Shown here: positions 16,975 through 25,790 of the stretch, one piece after another
Layout: each line of letters begins with the position of its first letter
How positions within the stretch are numbered: position 1 is the first letter of the stretch
Source: Candidatus Nanosyncoccus sp.
GTDB taxonomy: Bacteria > Patescibacteriota > Saccharimonadia > Saccharimonadales > Saccharimonadaceae
Assembly (NCBI GenBank): GCA_045636645.1
Contig: JAZTXX010000018.1
Location: 2,896 to 66,895 of the forward strand
Reading direction: 5' to 3'
DNA: 64,000 nucleotides
Position numbers and translations under genes: made by a program
Notes under the pieces: model-generated
Databases searched by the model: none
What the model was told of the DNA's origin: nothing
The model's input: the letters and a program-made list of their open reading frames with translations, nothing else

Positions 16975-16983
16975 TGTTATAAT
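16975..16983 (+). promoter_or_regulatory. Extended -10 box (TGTTATAAT) upstream of rplK
   Basis: A ~30-nt leader with SD gaaagg lies before ATG 17014. Confidence 0.4.
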
Positions 16984-17013
16984 ATTAGAGTTACGCACTA
17001 GAAAGGTACTAAT

Positions 17014-17442
17014 ATGGCAGAAAAGAAAGTAATTGGGAATTTGAAATTACGTATCCCTGCAGGAAGGGCTACAGCTGGACCTCCGGTTGGTTCTACGCTC
17101 GGTCAGTGGGGTCTTAATATGATGGACTTCATCAACCCGTTCAATGAGGCCACTAAGGATCTCATGGGCAAGAACGTGATTGTCCACATTCGTGTATTTG
17201 AAGATCGAACTTTTGACTGGAAGTCTCTTGGGCAGCCTGTTGATGATTTAATCCGTGAAGCTATCAAGATCGACAAAGGCTCTGGAAAGCCGAACGTTGA
17301 TAAGGTCGGGAAGATCACCAAGGCTCAGCTTCAGGAAATCGCTGAGAAGAAGATGGATCAGCTTAATGCCATCGACATTGAGGGTGCTATCAAGATTATC
17401 GCTGGCACTGCTCGCTCGATGGGCGTTGAAGTGGTCGACTAA
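17014..17442 (+). CDS. rplK: 50S ribosomal protein L11
   Basis: KLRIPAGRATAGPPVGSTLGQWGLNMMDFINPFN. Confidence 0.9.
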   Translation: MAEKKVIGNLKLRIPAGRATAGPPVGSTLGQWGLNMMDFINPFNEATKDLMGKNVIVHIRVFEDRTFDWKSLGQPVDDLIREAIKIDKGSGKPNVDKVGKITKAQLQEIAEKKMDQLNAIDIEGAIKIIAGTARSMGVEVVD

Positions 17443-17454
17443 TTAATATTCGAA

Positions 17455-17488
17455 CAAAAAAGGTCAAGCGTAATGCTTGACTTTTTTT
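17455..17488. terminator. Bidirectional-looking intrinsic terminator after rplK
   Basis: An A-run, then gtcaagc-gtaat-gcttgac, then T7. Confidence 0.65.
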
Positions 17489-17540
17489 AACTTTAGTGTT
17501 ATTATCGAATGATACTTAATTATTCAAGGAGGGTAGCAAA

Positions 17541-17984
17541 ATGGCTAAATTTTTAAGTTGTAACTTTAGTAACATTGAAGAAGGGATGAAGAAACTGGAG
17601 GACCTCTGGACGGAATATAACAGTCTGGTCCCAACCTACAAAAAATTGATTTCGATTAAGAAAGAACTAAAACTTCCTTTAAACGGAATCAGAAAGAGTT
17701 TTTTGAAAGAGGAGTTTCCGGATATCGACTTCCTTAAGATCAAAACGCTTGATAAAGCGATTGATTTTATGTATGACCTGACCCCCAGGCAGATTAGTAG
17801 CCTAATCAATAGAATCGAATACGAGAAAGAGAATGGAGTCTTCTATAAGATGCTGAGGAGTTACATTCGAGATTTCAGATTCGAAATCCGGCGGGTTGGC
17901 AAGGGAGAAACCTTCTACCAGCAACTTGATGAAGAAAAGAACAATTACGCTCTTATGCTTCTTTCATCAATTGAGGAGTCCTAA
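17541..17984 (+). CDS. Hypothetical protein inserted between rplK and rplA
   Basis: 147-aa ORF with a strong SD (aaggaggg). No recognisable motif. Confidence 0.55.
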   Translation: MAKFLSCNFSNIEEGMKKLEDLWTEYNSLVPTYKKLISIKKELKLPLNGIRKSFLKEEFPDIDFLKIKTLDKAIDFMYDLTPRQISSLINRIEYEKENGVFYKMLRSYIRDFRFEIRRVGKGETFYQQLDEEKNNYALMLLSSIEES

Positions 17985-17996
17985 GGGCTCCTTTTT
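17974..17996 (+). terminator. Intrinsic terminator overlapping the stop codon of the orphan gene
   Basis: ggagtcc-taa-gggctcc (one G:U pair) followed by T5. Confidence 0.5.
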
Positions 17997-18018
17997 CCTT
18001 GATTTTTTAGAGGTTTTT

Positions 18019-18027
18019 TGGTATAAT
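18019..18027 (+). promoter_or_regulatory. Extended -10 box (TGGTATAAT) dedicated to rplA
   Basis: The ~55-nt leader contains the stem gtgg..ccac directly before SD ggaaagga. Confidence 0.45.
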
Positions 18028-18086
18028 TGTAGGAATAATTAATTAGTGGAAGAGGTCGACTCGTTATTACCACGGAAAGGATTAAT

Positions 18087-19034
18087 ATGGCCGAAGAAGA
18101 GGTCAAAAACTTAGAGAACACTGAGGCTACCCCTGAAGTAGCACCAGAAACAACCCCAGCTGAGGAAACTGCAATTCCAGAAGAAGCTGAGAATACCGAG
18201 ACTTATGCAAAGTCTGGGAAAAAATCGAAGAAACATATCGAGGAGGTGAAGGCTGAAGAGGCTCGCCAAGCTCGTAAAATTGAAAGAAAAGCCGAGGAAG
18301 CTATCGTTAAACCAAAGGGTGCAACACCTGTAACTCGCCCACGCATCGAGCGTCGTGGTAAGAAGTATCAGGAGGCTTTCAAGCAGATCGATAAGACTAA
18401 GAACTATAATTTAGCTGATGCGATTGAGCTCGCTATCAAGACTAATCCAGCTAAATTTGATGCAAGTGTTGAAGTCCACGCTCGTCTCGGCGTTGACCCA
18501 CGCCAGGCCGATCAGAATATCCGCACCACGATGGTTCTACCTCATGGTAACGGTAAGACTGTGCGTGTTGCCGTATTCGCGCCAATCGATGTCTGCAAGG
18601 TCGCTAAGACTGCAGGTGCCGACATTGCTGATGACGAAGAATTCATTCGCCAGCTCGAGAAAGGTACCATTGATTTCGATGTACTTATTTCGACGCCTCA
18701 GTACATGCCAAAGCTTGGTAAGTTTGCTCGTTTACTCGGGCCTAAGGGCTTGATGCCTAATCCTAAGGCCGGCACTGTTACGACTGATGTCGAGAAGGCT
18801 GTAAAGGACGCGAAGGCCGGTAAGGTTGAGTACCGTGTTGACAAGCAAGCAATCGTTCATATCGGTGTTGGCAAAGTTTCATTTGGCACTGATAAGCTAG
18901 TCCAGAATGCAAACGCATTCTTCGATTCGCTCAAGGCTCAGCGCCCTACTTCTCTAAAGGGTTCGTTCGTGAAGTCTGTCTTCATCACTACAACCATGGG
19001 TCCTTCAATCCAGATCGAGAACATCTACAACTAA
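18087..19034 (+). CDS. rplA: 50S ribosomal protein L1 with an ~86-aa N-terminal extension
   Basis: The L1 core starts near [14 protein letters not shown] (aa ~105; cf. E. coli KQYDINEAIALLKE at aa ~19). The N-terminus is an acidic E/A/P/T tract followed by a basic K/R tract. Confidence 0.85.
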   Translation: MAEEEVKNLENTEATPEVAPETTPAEETAIPEEAENTETYAKSGKKSKKHIEEVKAEEARQARKIERKAEEAIVKPKGATPVTRPRIERRGKKYQEAFKQIDKTKNYNLADAIELAIKTNPAKFDASVEVHARLGVDPRQADQNIRTTMVLPHGNGKTVRVAVFAPIDVCKVAKTAGADIADDEEFIRQLEKGTIDFDVLISTPQYMPKLGKFARLLGPKGLMPNPKAGTVTTDVEKAVKDAKAGKVEYRVDKQAIVHIGVGKVSFGTDKLVQNANAFFDSLKAQRPTSLKGSFVKSVFITTTMGPSIQIENIYN

Positions 19035-19042
19035 GCCTATTT

Positions 19043-19069
19043 AAAAAGCCCTCGATAGAGGGCTTTTTT
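19043..19069 (+). terminator. Intrinsic terminator after rplA
   Basis: agccctc-gata-gagggct followed by T6. Confidence 0.7.
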
Positions 19070-19070
19070 G

Positions 19071-19079
19071 TGCTATAAT
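19071..19079 (+). promoter_or_regulatory. Extended -10 box (TGCTATAAT), 6 nt before ATG 19086
   Basis: Leaderless-type spacing. Confidence 0.5.
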
Positions 19080-19085
19080 TTGCTT

Positions 19086-19637
19086 ATGGAATTCATTCAA
19101 AATCTTAATACGTATGAAGTTGTAATCTTTATCATCCTTGGCGTCCTCGTTACCTTGTTTGGTTTCAGGCTAAAGAAGGTGGCTTTTTTCGTGCTATGGT
19201 TCCTGCTCGGTTACAATTTAGTTTTGAATTTTCTGCCAACGATTAATAATCTGGTCCCGCAGATTGTCGGCAACGAGCTCTGGCAGGCACTCCTGCCGTT
19301 CGCTGGCGGCCTTCTTCTTGGACTACTCGGATTCACTATTGAGAAGATCTGTCTCAGTCTTGTCTGTTTCGGTCTTGTCATGATGATTGGCACGAGGTTC
19401 TTCGGGACGGAGATTCCTACTCTACTCATCTCTGGTGCAATCGGCGTCGTCGTTGGTGGAGCATCTTCATTTATCATCAAGCCTGCAACTATTTTCGCGA
19501 CTTCTATCATGGGTGCATATGCGCTGACTCTTTCGATTCTGACCCTATCGACATTCTTCGGGCCAAGTACATTCTGGCCGTTCTTCATCGGCATCGCCGT
19601 GATCGGAAGTATCTTCCAGTTTTCAACTAATAAGTAG
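19086..19637 (+). CDS. Hypothetical multi-pass membrane protein inserted between rplA and rplJ
   Basis: MEFIQNLNTYEVVIFIILGVL.. with about six Gly-rich hydrophobic segments. The track's GTG 19068 start lies inside the promoter box. Confidence 0.55.
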   Translation: MEFIQNLNTYEVVIFIILGVLVTLFGFRLKKVAFFVLWFLLGYNLVLNFLPTINNLVPQIVGNELWQALLPFAGGLLLGLLGFTIEKICLSLVCFGLVMMIGTRFFGTEIPTLLISGAIGVVVGGASSFIIKPATIFATSIMGAYALTLSILTLSTFFGPSTFWPFFIGIAVIGSIFQFSTNK

Positions 19638-19658
19638 CTTGTATTTTTTGATGATCTG

Positions 19659-19667
19659 TGGTATAAT
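19659..19667 (+). promoter_or_regulatory. Extended -10 box (TGGTATAAT) for rplJ-rplL
   Basis: Predicts a ~128-nt 5' UTR. Confidence 0.45.
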
Positions 19668-19801
19668 TAGGGGAGTTACCAATGACAGCGACGGGAGAAA
19701 TCCTTAATCATGTCGCCAAGGAATTATCTTACAATTTAATTTGGTGACGATTTTTAACAATTAGTCAACAAAAATAATTTTAATAACCAAAGGAACTTTT
19801 T
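19668..19801 (+). ncRNA. Candidate structured rplJ leader (L10-leader-like autoregulatory element)
   Basis: A long-range stem pairs guuaccaa (19675-19682) with uuggugac (19741-19748), followed by U5 (19751-19755). Nested inside are gcgac/gucgc (19688-92/19712-16) and ggga-GAAA-uccu (19693-19704). Confidence 0.35.
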
Positions 19802-20323
19802 ATGGCAATTTCAAAGGATAAAAAGAACACATTGGTTGCTGATTTGACTGAGCTTCTATCAAACGCAAAAACCACTGTATACGCTAAGTATCAGGGGTTA
19901 ACTGTAGCTGAGCTCCAGGAACTTCGCAAAGATGCTAGAGAAGCTGGTGTTAAGATTAAGGTTGTTAAGAACCGCTTGGTTCGCGTGGCAATGGGGCAGA
20001 TTGCTGTCTACAAAGACACTGATACGACCAATCTTACAGGCCAACTGATTTATGCAGTTTCTAGTGAAGATGAGGTAGCTCCAGCTAAGGTTTTGGCTAA
20101 TTTTGCTAAAACCCACAAGGCTCTAAGTCTTGCCGGTGGTTTCAGTGATCTCGGTGTCGCTCTTTCCGAAGACGACGTCAAGTCACTCGCTGCAATGCCA
20201 AGCAAGAACGAGTTGATCGCTCAGGTGGTGGCACAACTTCTATCGCCAGTCACAGATACTGTTTCTGGACTTACTGGTGGTCTTTCCGGAATCGTTTCCG
20301 GACTCGAAGCACACGCTGCTTAA
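19802..20323 (+). CDS. rplJ: 50S ribosomal protein L10
   Basis: Position before rplL. Carries LTVAELQELRKDAREAGVKIKVVKNRL. Confidence 0.85.
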   Translation: MAISKDKKNTLVADLTELLSNAKTTVYAKYQGLTVAELQELRKDAREAGVKIKVVKNRLVRVAMGQIAVYKDTDTTNLTGQLIYAVSSEDEVAPAKVLANFAKTHKALSLAGGFSDLGVALSEDDVKSLAAMPSKNELIAQVVAQLLSPVTDTVSGLTGGLSGIVSGLEAHAA

Positions 20324-20405
20324 ACGCAACCAAATTTTTACAAATTAGGTTAGTCCTATTAAACTATAATCATCAAGATAGTTTCACTATCTAAAGGAGA
20401 AAACT

Positions 20406-20789
20406 ATGGCAACTGATATTAAGAAATTAGCTGAGGAATTGGTTAAGTTGACCGTCCTCGAAGTAAACGAACTCAAGAACGTCCTTAAGGACGAGTATGG
20501 TATTGAGCCAGCTGCTGCAGCTGTTGCAGTCGCTGCTGGTCCAGCTGCTGACGCTGGTGCCGCCGCTGATGAAGGTAAGTCTGAATACGACGTCGTCCTC
20601 AAGGATGCTGGCGCACAGAAAATTGCAGTCATCAAGGCTGTCAAGGAAGCTACCGGACTCGGTCTTGGCGAAGCTAAGGCTATCGTCGATGGTGCTCCTG
20701 CAACTGTGAAAGAGAAAGTTGCTAAGGCTGACGCTGAAGCAATGAAGAAGGCTCTCGAAGAAGCCGGTGCTACTGTTGAATTAGCTTAA
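20406..20789 (+). CDS. rplL: 50S ribosomal protein L7/L12
   Basis: An Ala-rich hinge followed by [30 protein letters not shown]. Confidence 0.9.
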   Translation: MATDIKKLAEELVKLTVLEVNELKNVLKDEYGIEPAAAAVAVAAGPAADAGAAADEGKSEYDVVLKDAGAQKIAVIKAVKEATGLGLGEAKAIVDGAPATVKEKVAKADAEAMKKALEEAGATVELA

Positions 20790-20812
20790 GTATAAAATGT
20801 TGACTAATTGGC

Positions 20813-20838
20813 AAATTTGCCCCGTAGGGGGCATTTTT
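20813..20838 (+). terminator. Intrinsic terminator after rplL
   Basis: tgcccc-gtag-ggggca followed by T5. Confidence 0.65.
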
Positions 20839-20842
20839 GTTG

Positions 20843-20848
20843 TATAAT
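20843..20848 (+). promoter_or_regulatory. -10 box (TATAAT), 7 nt before ATG 20856
   Basis: Leaderless-type spacing. Confidence 0.45.
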
Positions 20849-20855
20849 TATTTGT

Positions 20856-22019
20856 ATGAATGATTTCGACTATTTAGGTGAGGGTGAAGTATATCTTGAT
20901 TCGGCTTGTCAGTCACTGAGGCCACGCCCGGTAATTTCTGCTATCAACGATTATTACACTGAACATAACTCTTGTGGCGAAAGAGTTAAATATAAGTGGG
21001 GCGTCACAACCGACGAGAAGGTCGAGGAGACTAGGAGTTTAGTGCTCAAATATCTTGGATTGAAACCTAAGAAGTACACCGTTTCTTTCACACTTAATAC
21101 TACCTATGGCATCAATTTGATACTGTCACAGCTTAGAGCTGAGAATTTTAATAAAGTTGTAACAACTGAGATCGAACATAATTCACCATTCCTCTCAACA
21201 ATGGCTTTCTCTGAGCGGACAGGACTACCTCGCGAAGTGATCAAGAGGGAAGAGGACGGTTCCGTCGATATCTCTAATTATGATTTCGATAAGGCTGTGG
21301 TCGTATTAAACTGTGCATCAAATTTCGATGGCAGAAAGCTTAGTAATCTCAAGGACCTAGTAAAGGTCGTTCAGAGAGACGGCGGGATAGTGATTGTTGA
21401 CGCTGCGCAATCGATGGCTCATTCTGTCGATGTTCTACACGGTATTGAAGCTGATGCGATTTGTTTCTCTGCACATAAACTATATGCACCGTCACTTGGT
21501 GTGATTGTCTGGAGAGATAATCTGATGGATAAGATGGATAATGGTTTCGTCGGCGGTGGAATGGTTGACGATGTCGACAAGGATTCGTATGTTCTTTCTG
21601 CCGAAGGGAAGGAGCATCGCTATACACGATTTGAATCAGGACTTCAGGCTTGGGGCGAAATCGTAGGACTCGGTGCAGCCATTAAGTGGCTAATGAAGCT
21701 GCCAAAATCCGACTGGAAGAATTTAACTGATAACTATACCGAGCTATATGAGTTCCTAAAGGGTTCAGATAAGGTTCATTTCGTGAATCATAAAGCGAAT
21801 CCGACAATGTCATTCTATGTTGATGGCCTGGATTCTCATCTTCTTGGTACTGCGCTTAGCCGTGAGAACATTATGGCCCGAACTGGCTATTTCTGTGCTC
21901 ACTACTACCTAGATCATGTACTCGGCATGCCGCCGCTCGTTCGATTCTCGCTCGGTATTCACAACCGGCCAGAAGATATTGAGAAGACTAAGAATATCCT
22001 TGAGAAAATTATCTACTAG
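20856..22019 (+). CDS. Class-V aminotransferase, SufS/CsdA-like cysteine desulfurase
   Basis: MNDFDYLGEGEVYLDSACQSL. PLP-Lys block FSAHKLYAPSLG. Catalytic-Cys block ARTGYFCAHY (cf. RAGHHCAQP). Confidence 0.6.
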   Translation: MNDFDYLGEGEVYLDSACQSLRPRPVISAINDYYTEHNSCGERVKYKWGVTTDEKVEETRSLVLKYLGLKPKKYTVSFTLNTTYGINLILSQLRAENFNKVVTTEIEHNSPFLSTMAFSERTGLPREVIKREEDGSVDISNYDFDKAVVVLNCASNFDGRKLSNLKDLVKVVQRDGGIVIVDAAQSMAHSVDVLHGIEADAICFSAHKLYAPSLGVIVWRDNLMDKMDNGFVGGGMVDDVDKDSYVLSAEGKEHRYTRFESGLQAWGEIVGLGAAIKWLMKLPKSDWKNLTDNYTELYEFLKGSDKVHFVNHKANPTMSFYVDGLDSHLLGTALSRENIMARTGYFCAHYYLDHVLGMPPLVRFSLGIHNRPEDIEKTKNILEKIIY

Positions 22020-22049
22020 CGCCGTTCGTTTGCCTATCTCTAATTATTG

Positions 22050-22058
22050 TGTTATAAT
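22050..22058 (+). promoter_or_regulatory. Extended -10 box (TGTTATAAT) upstream of 22101
   Basis: A leadered case: SD ggaggtg lies before ATG 22101. Confidence 0.4.
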
Positions 22059-22100
22059 TTGTTTAGCACATTAAAATACCGAGGGATTGGAGGTGATAGT

Positions 22101-22499
22101 ATGTTAACTATTGGTGGATGGTTTATGTTTGGTGCAATCGGGCTTCTCATCTTGTTTGTTGCTGTTGTTTTATTCCGTGTGGCAAATAGACCATACCAGA
22201 AGGCGCTGATTCCGATCGTGGCGGTGACAATAATCGCATTGGTTTTTATTATTGAGTTTTGGTACTTCAACTACACTGCTTCTGGAATCAGGAAGATGAC
22301 CGATCAGAAATCGAATCTTCAAAACGGCATTGAGAGGACTATTAACGTTTATACTGCGAACGGTGACCTGATGGCTTCTTATACTGGGAAGATCGATATC
22401 GAGGATTCGGAAGGGGGGTATGTCAAGTTTGACTATAAAGGTAAGCGTTATATATATTATAATTGCTTCGTTGAAACTATTGCCGAAATTGGACAATAA
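22101..22499 (+). CDS. Small membrane-anchored hypothetical protein
   Basis: MLTIGGWFMFGAIGLLILFVAVV.. with two TM segments and a strong SD. Confidence 0.55.
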   Translation: MLTIGGWFMFGAIGLLILFVAVVLFRVANRPYQKALIPIVAVTIIALVFIIEFWYFNYTASGIRKMTDQKSNLQNGIERTINVYTANGDLMASYTGKIDIEDSEGGYVKFDYKGKRYIYYNCFVETIAEIGQ

Positions 22500-22524
22500 C
22501 CCTTGGGTCCCCGAGGTCGGGGAA

Positions 22525-22550
22525 AGCCCCGGATCTCGGGGCTTTTTTTT
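22525..22550 (+). terminator. Intrinsic terminator
   Basis: agccccg-gatct-cggggct followed by T8. Confidence 0.75.
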
Positions 22551-22561
22551 CATTCGACTTG

Positions 22562-22570
22562 TGGTAAAAT
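22562..22570 (+). promoter_or_regulatory. Extended -10 box (TGGTAAAAT), 9 nt before ATG 22580
   Basis: Leaderless-type spacing. Confidence 0.45.
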
Positions 22571-22579
22571 AGTTACATT

Positions 22580-23626
22580 ATGGTGTGCATAGCAGCGTTT
22601 ATTATCTTAGCAATTATTGGTGTGTTTGTCGCGCTAATTTCAATTTTTAAACCTAAGGTCGGTAGAGCCTACCTTAAAGCCTTGAAGAAGGCTTGGGGTT
22701 GTCTCTGGAAGAAAGTCCGCCTGCAGAAGTGCGAGACTGGGTTCAAAGACGACGTGAAAAATACTCTCCTATCCCGTGTTATCGTGAAGCATCCAAAATG
22801 GGTTCGCCCTTTATCTATAGTTATTGAAGTTTTATCAGTAATAATTGTGATTGTTGCGATCTGGGCAATTCTTACTGCAATTAAATCGCTTCTCGCTCTC
22901 TGGGCGCTTGGTTCATGCAACGTGACGAAGCCTTCGGCTTGTACGCTCGGAGCAGAAGTCTGCTCGATTGACGAGTCTGAGCCGACCAACCCCCTTGAGG
23001 CTACCGGTCGCTGGTTTACGGAGTGGGGAGAGATATTCGAAGCTATCCCTGATAAATTTAGGAACTATGATGCGGGCGGTTATGATTTTAAATATATCGA
23101 TGCGTCTACTGGCGATAATCTACCGGTAGCAGTCGATATATTCGACCCTGGATGCACGGTCTGCATGTCATCCTATCGTAACCAGAAGAATTCTGGATTC
23201 TTCGATAAGTACACCGTGAGACTGGTTCCTTTCCCGATCCAGGATGCAGACGGAAAATATAAATTCAAGAATTCGGAAACTGTCGCGAGGTATATGTTTG
23301 CCGCTTCAGAATACGACTCAAAATATGCTCTTCTGATCCTTGACAACATCTTCACGAAATATAACAGCGAGGATATTTCTTACCTAAATAAATTCAATGA
23401 GGATTATTCTCGAGATGATGCTGAGAAAAAAATCGAATCATGGTTAATCGATGCTGGATTTGACAAGAAAAAGATCAAAGAGCTCCGCGAAGGTGCGGCT
23501 AGTCAAGGCGTTACAGATAAATTGAATTCAAATCGCTCTATTGTCGAGAATGAGCTCCGCGTTAAGGGGATTCCTACAATCATCTTTGACGGGAAGAAGC
23601 ATACTGGCCTATACAAGGCGGAATAG
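22580..23626 (+). CDS. Membrane-anchored thioredoxin-fold (DsbA-like) protein
   Basis: N-terminal TM segments with Cys pairs. The C-terminal domain has FDPGCTVC (CxxC) and the cis-Pro-type block KGIPTIIFDGK. Confidence 0.5.
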   Translation: MVCIAAFIILAIIGVFVALISIFKPKVGRAYLKALKKAWGCLWKKVRLQKCETGFKDDVKNTLLSRVIVKHPKWVRPLSIVIEVLSVIIVIVAIWAILTAIKSLLALWALGSCNVTKPSACTLGAEVCSIDESEPTNPLEATGRWFTEWGEIFEAIPDKFRNYDAGGYDFKYIDASTGDNLPVAVDIFDPGCTVCMSSYRNQKNSGFFDKYTVRLVPFPIQDADGKYKFKNSETVARYMFAASEYDSKYALLILDNIFTKYNSEDISYLNKFNEDYSRDDAEKKIESWLIDAGFDKKKIKELREGAASQGVTDKLNSNRSIVENELRVKGIPTIIFDGKKHTGLYKAE

Positions 23627-23783
23627 AACAATAATTTAGCTTATGTTTTATATTGTAAAATTTACAACATTTTGATGTTTACCACTGTTTTCTTAGTGGA
23701 AAACTATAATTTGAAACCCTTGACTTTACCTTTTATTAGGTATATTATAATAATAATATTATATTTAGACAGGATTGCGAGGT

Positions 23784-24302
23784 ATGTCTGAAATACCAGA
23801 AAAACAAATAAAGAGGTTACGTGGACTGCTGAGTGAGGCAGAAACTAATTTATCCGCAGCTAAGGAGTTACTCATCTCCATTCTCGGCGATGGGGAAACT
23901 ATTTCTACCCCAAGAGATACTGTTATCTCTAGCCCCGAAGGGAAGATTATTGAGGGCGTCTTCGATGGTCAGATTATGATTGGCCCAGATGGCAAGAACT
24001 ACCCAGTTCCTGCTAATTATGCTTCTAAGTCGAAGCTGGTTGAGGGCGACATTATGAAGTTGACTATTACAGAAGACGGTAAGTTCCTATATAAGCAGAT
24101 TGGTCCAGTCGAGCGAAAGACCGTCATCGGTACACTCACACATCACGATGATAAATATTTCGTTGAAGTCTCCGGAAGAGAATACCAGATTCTTTATGCA
24201 TCTGTGACTTATTTCCACCTCCGCGAAGGCTCTCAGGTCTCCGTTGTGATTCCGGCAGAGAACGAAGATGCTACCTGGGCCGCTGTTGAAGCAGCATTGT
24301 AA
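23784..24302 (+). CDS. Hypothetical protein
   Basis: MSEIPEKQIKRLRGLL.. with ATG at 23784 (the track starts at TTG 23775). No motif recognised. Confidence 0.5.
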   Translation: MSEIPEKQIKRLRGLLSEAETNLSAAKELLISILGDGETISTPRDTVISSPEGKIIEGVFDGQIMIGPDGKNYPVPANYASKSKLVEGDIMKLTITEDGKFLYKQIGPVERKTVIGTLTHHDDKYFVEVSGREYQILYASVTYFHLREGSQVSVVIPAENEDATWAAVEAAL

Positions 24303-24312
24303 TCGTAATCTT

Positions 24313-24337
24313 AACCGCCCCATGAGGGCGGTTTTTT
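24313..24337 (+). terminator. Intrinsic terminator
   Basis: accgccc-catga-gggcggt followed by T6. Confidence 0.75.
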
Positions 24338-24352
24338 GATACCGGTGATGTA

Positions 24353-24361
24353 TGCTATAAT
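24353..24361 (+). promoter_or_regulatory. Extended -10 box (TGCTATAAT), 7 nt before ATG 24369
   Basis: Leaderless-type spacing. Confidence 0.5.
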
Positions 24362-24368
24362 AATAGGA

Positions 24369-25790
24369 ATGAAGAGTTTGTATCGTAGATATCGACCAGT
24401 AAAACTTGAGGAGGTCGTAGGTCAGGATCAGGTTACCAAGCCTCTAATTTCTTCCCTAAAACAAGGCAAGATTAGTCATGCCTATCTATTCATTGGTCCA
24501 AGGGGCTGCGGAAAAACATCAGTTGCCAGAATCCTTGCTCATGAGGTAAATGGTTTCAAGTACGAGATTGAGGACGATTATGTCGATATTATTGAGATCG
24601 ATGGCGCTTCGAACCGCGGTATCGACAATATCAGGGAGCTACGTGAGAAGGTTGCAATTGCTCCTTCGAAGGGTAAATACAAAGTATATATTATAGACGA
24701 AGTTCATATGCTGACCAAGGAGGCCTTTAATGCCTTACTGAAGACTTTGGAGGAGCCTCCGGAACACGCGATTTTCATTATGGCAACGACCGATGCATAC
24801 AAAGTCCCGGTGACGATTACGTCACGGGCCCAGACTTATACTTTCAAGCTTGCCGACTATGATACGATGTTTAGGTTTCTGAAAGGTGTCACAGCAAGTG
24901 AGAAGCTTAAGATCGATGACGACGCTCTTTCAATTATCACGCGACGTGGTGGTGGATCGTTTCGAGACTCATTGTCGCTACTGGACCAGATTTCGACTCT
25001 ATCCGATAAAATAATCTCTAATGAGATGGTAATTAATGCCTTGGGGCTTCCTCAAGATGAGAAAGTTGAAGAATTAATCTCTTCATATCTCACTCAGGAC
25101 GTCTCTAATATTTCCAGCTGTATTACCGAACTTCTATCGTCTGGAGTCAAAGTTGAAACTTTAGTTGACGAGATGATTGGCAAGATTATCGCCGATCCTA
25201 ACCCTGCATACATGCCGCTTCTTGCAAGGCTACCAGACGTTAAGTCCCCTTATGCTGAGGCGAAGCTTCTTGTCGCATTGGTTAATCCTGGCGCTAGCGA
25301 TACGGCTAGAGCTGTTCCACAGTCAAGAGCCCAAGCTGGTCAATCAAACGAGAGGCCTGCAATAAGAGCTAAAGAGCCCTTGCCGAGACCCAGCGAGCCA
25401 TCACCGAAGAATGAGGAGTTAACTAGCGAGATTCAAGATTCTATGCCTCAAACCAGTGAAGATGTTGCTTCCCCCGAAGATTTTGACTGGGATAGTTTTC
25501 TCGCCAAAGTACAAGAGAAAAGTGATGCAATTTATTCGCAGCTCTCGAAAACGAAACATATCTATTCCAGTGGCATAATTCATATCTATCCGATGAAGAA
25601 TGTTATTAGGAATATCCTGATTAAGACCAATAACAAGAATATTCTAAGTGATGCTACGCCTACCGGCGTGAAGGTCGTCATCCACGAAGCTAACGAATCG
25701 CCCACGAACGAAAAGAAGGATGCAATTCTTAGTAAAATATCTGATATAATGGGAGGGGAGGTAAGCTATGGAGGAAGAAGTCCGTTCTAG
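24369..25790 (+). CDS. dnaX: DNA polymerase III subunit gamma/tau
   Basis: LYRRYRPVKLEEVVGQ, Walker A GPRGCGKTS, IIDEVHML and SRAQ. Confidence 0.9.
   Translation: MKSLYRRYRPVKLEEVVGQDQVTKPLISSLKQGKISHAYLFIGPRGCGKTSVARILAHEVNGFKYEIEDDYVDIIEIDGASNRGIDNIRELREKVAIAPSKGKYKVYIIDEVHMLTKEAFNALLKTLEEPPEHAIFIMATTDAYKVPVTITSRAQTYTFKLADYDTMFRFLKGVTASEKLKIDDDALSIITRRGGGSFRDSLSLLDQISTLSDKIISNEMVINALGLPQDEKVEELISSYLTQDVSNISSCITELLSSGVKVETLVDEMIGKIIADPNPAYMPLLARLPDVKSPYAEAKLLVALVNPGASDTARAVPQSRAQAGQSNERPAIRAKEPLPRPSEPSPKNEELTSEIQDSMPQTSEDVASPEDFDWDSFLAKVQEKSDAIYSQLSKTKHIYSSGIIHIYPMKNVIRNILIKTNNKNILSDATPTGVKVVIHEANESPTNEKKDAILSKISDIMGGEVSYGGRSPF

Noticed and set aside
20387-20709. Two ORFs overlapping rplL (85 aa on the minus strand, 70 aa on the plus strand in another frame).
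   Set aside because: The rplL frame carries an unmistakable L7/L12 sequence. The others arise from the Ala-codon-rich hinge.
24369-25790. Looked for a dnaX programmed -1 frameshift site (A AAA AAG type) that would produce a gamma subunit.
   Set aside because: I found no slippery heptamer by eye in the gene. I cannot exclude other mechanisms.
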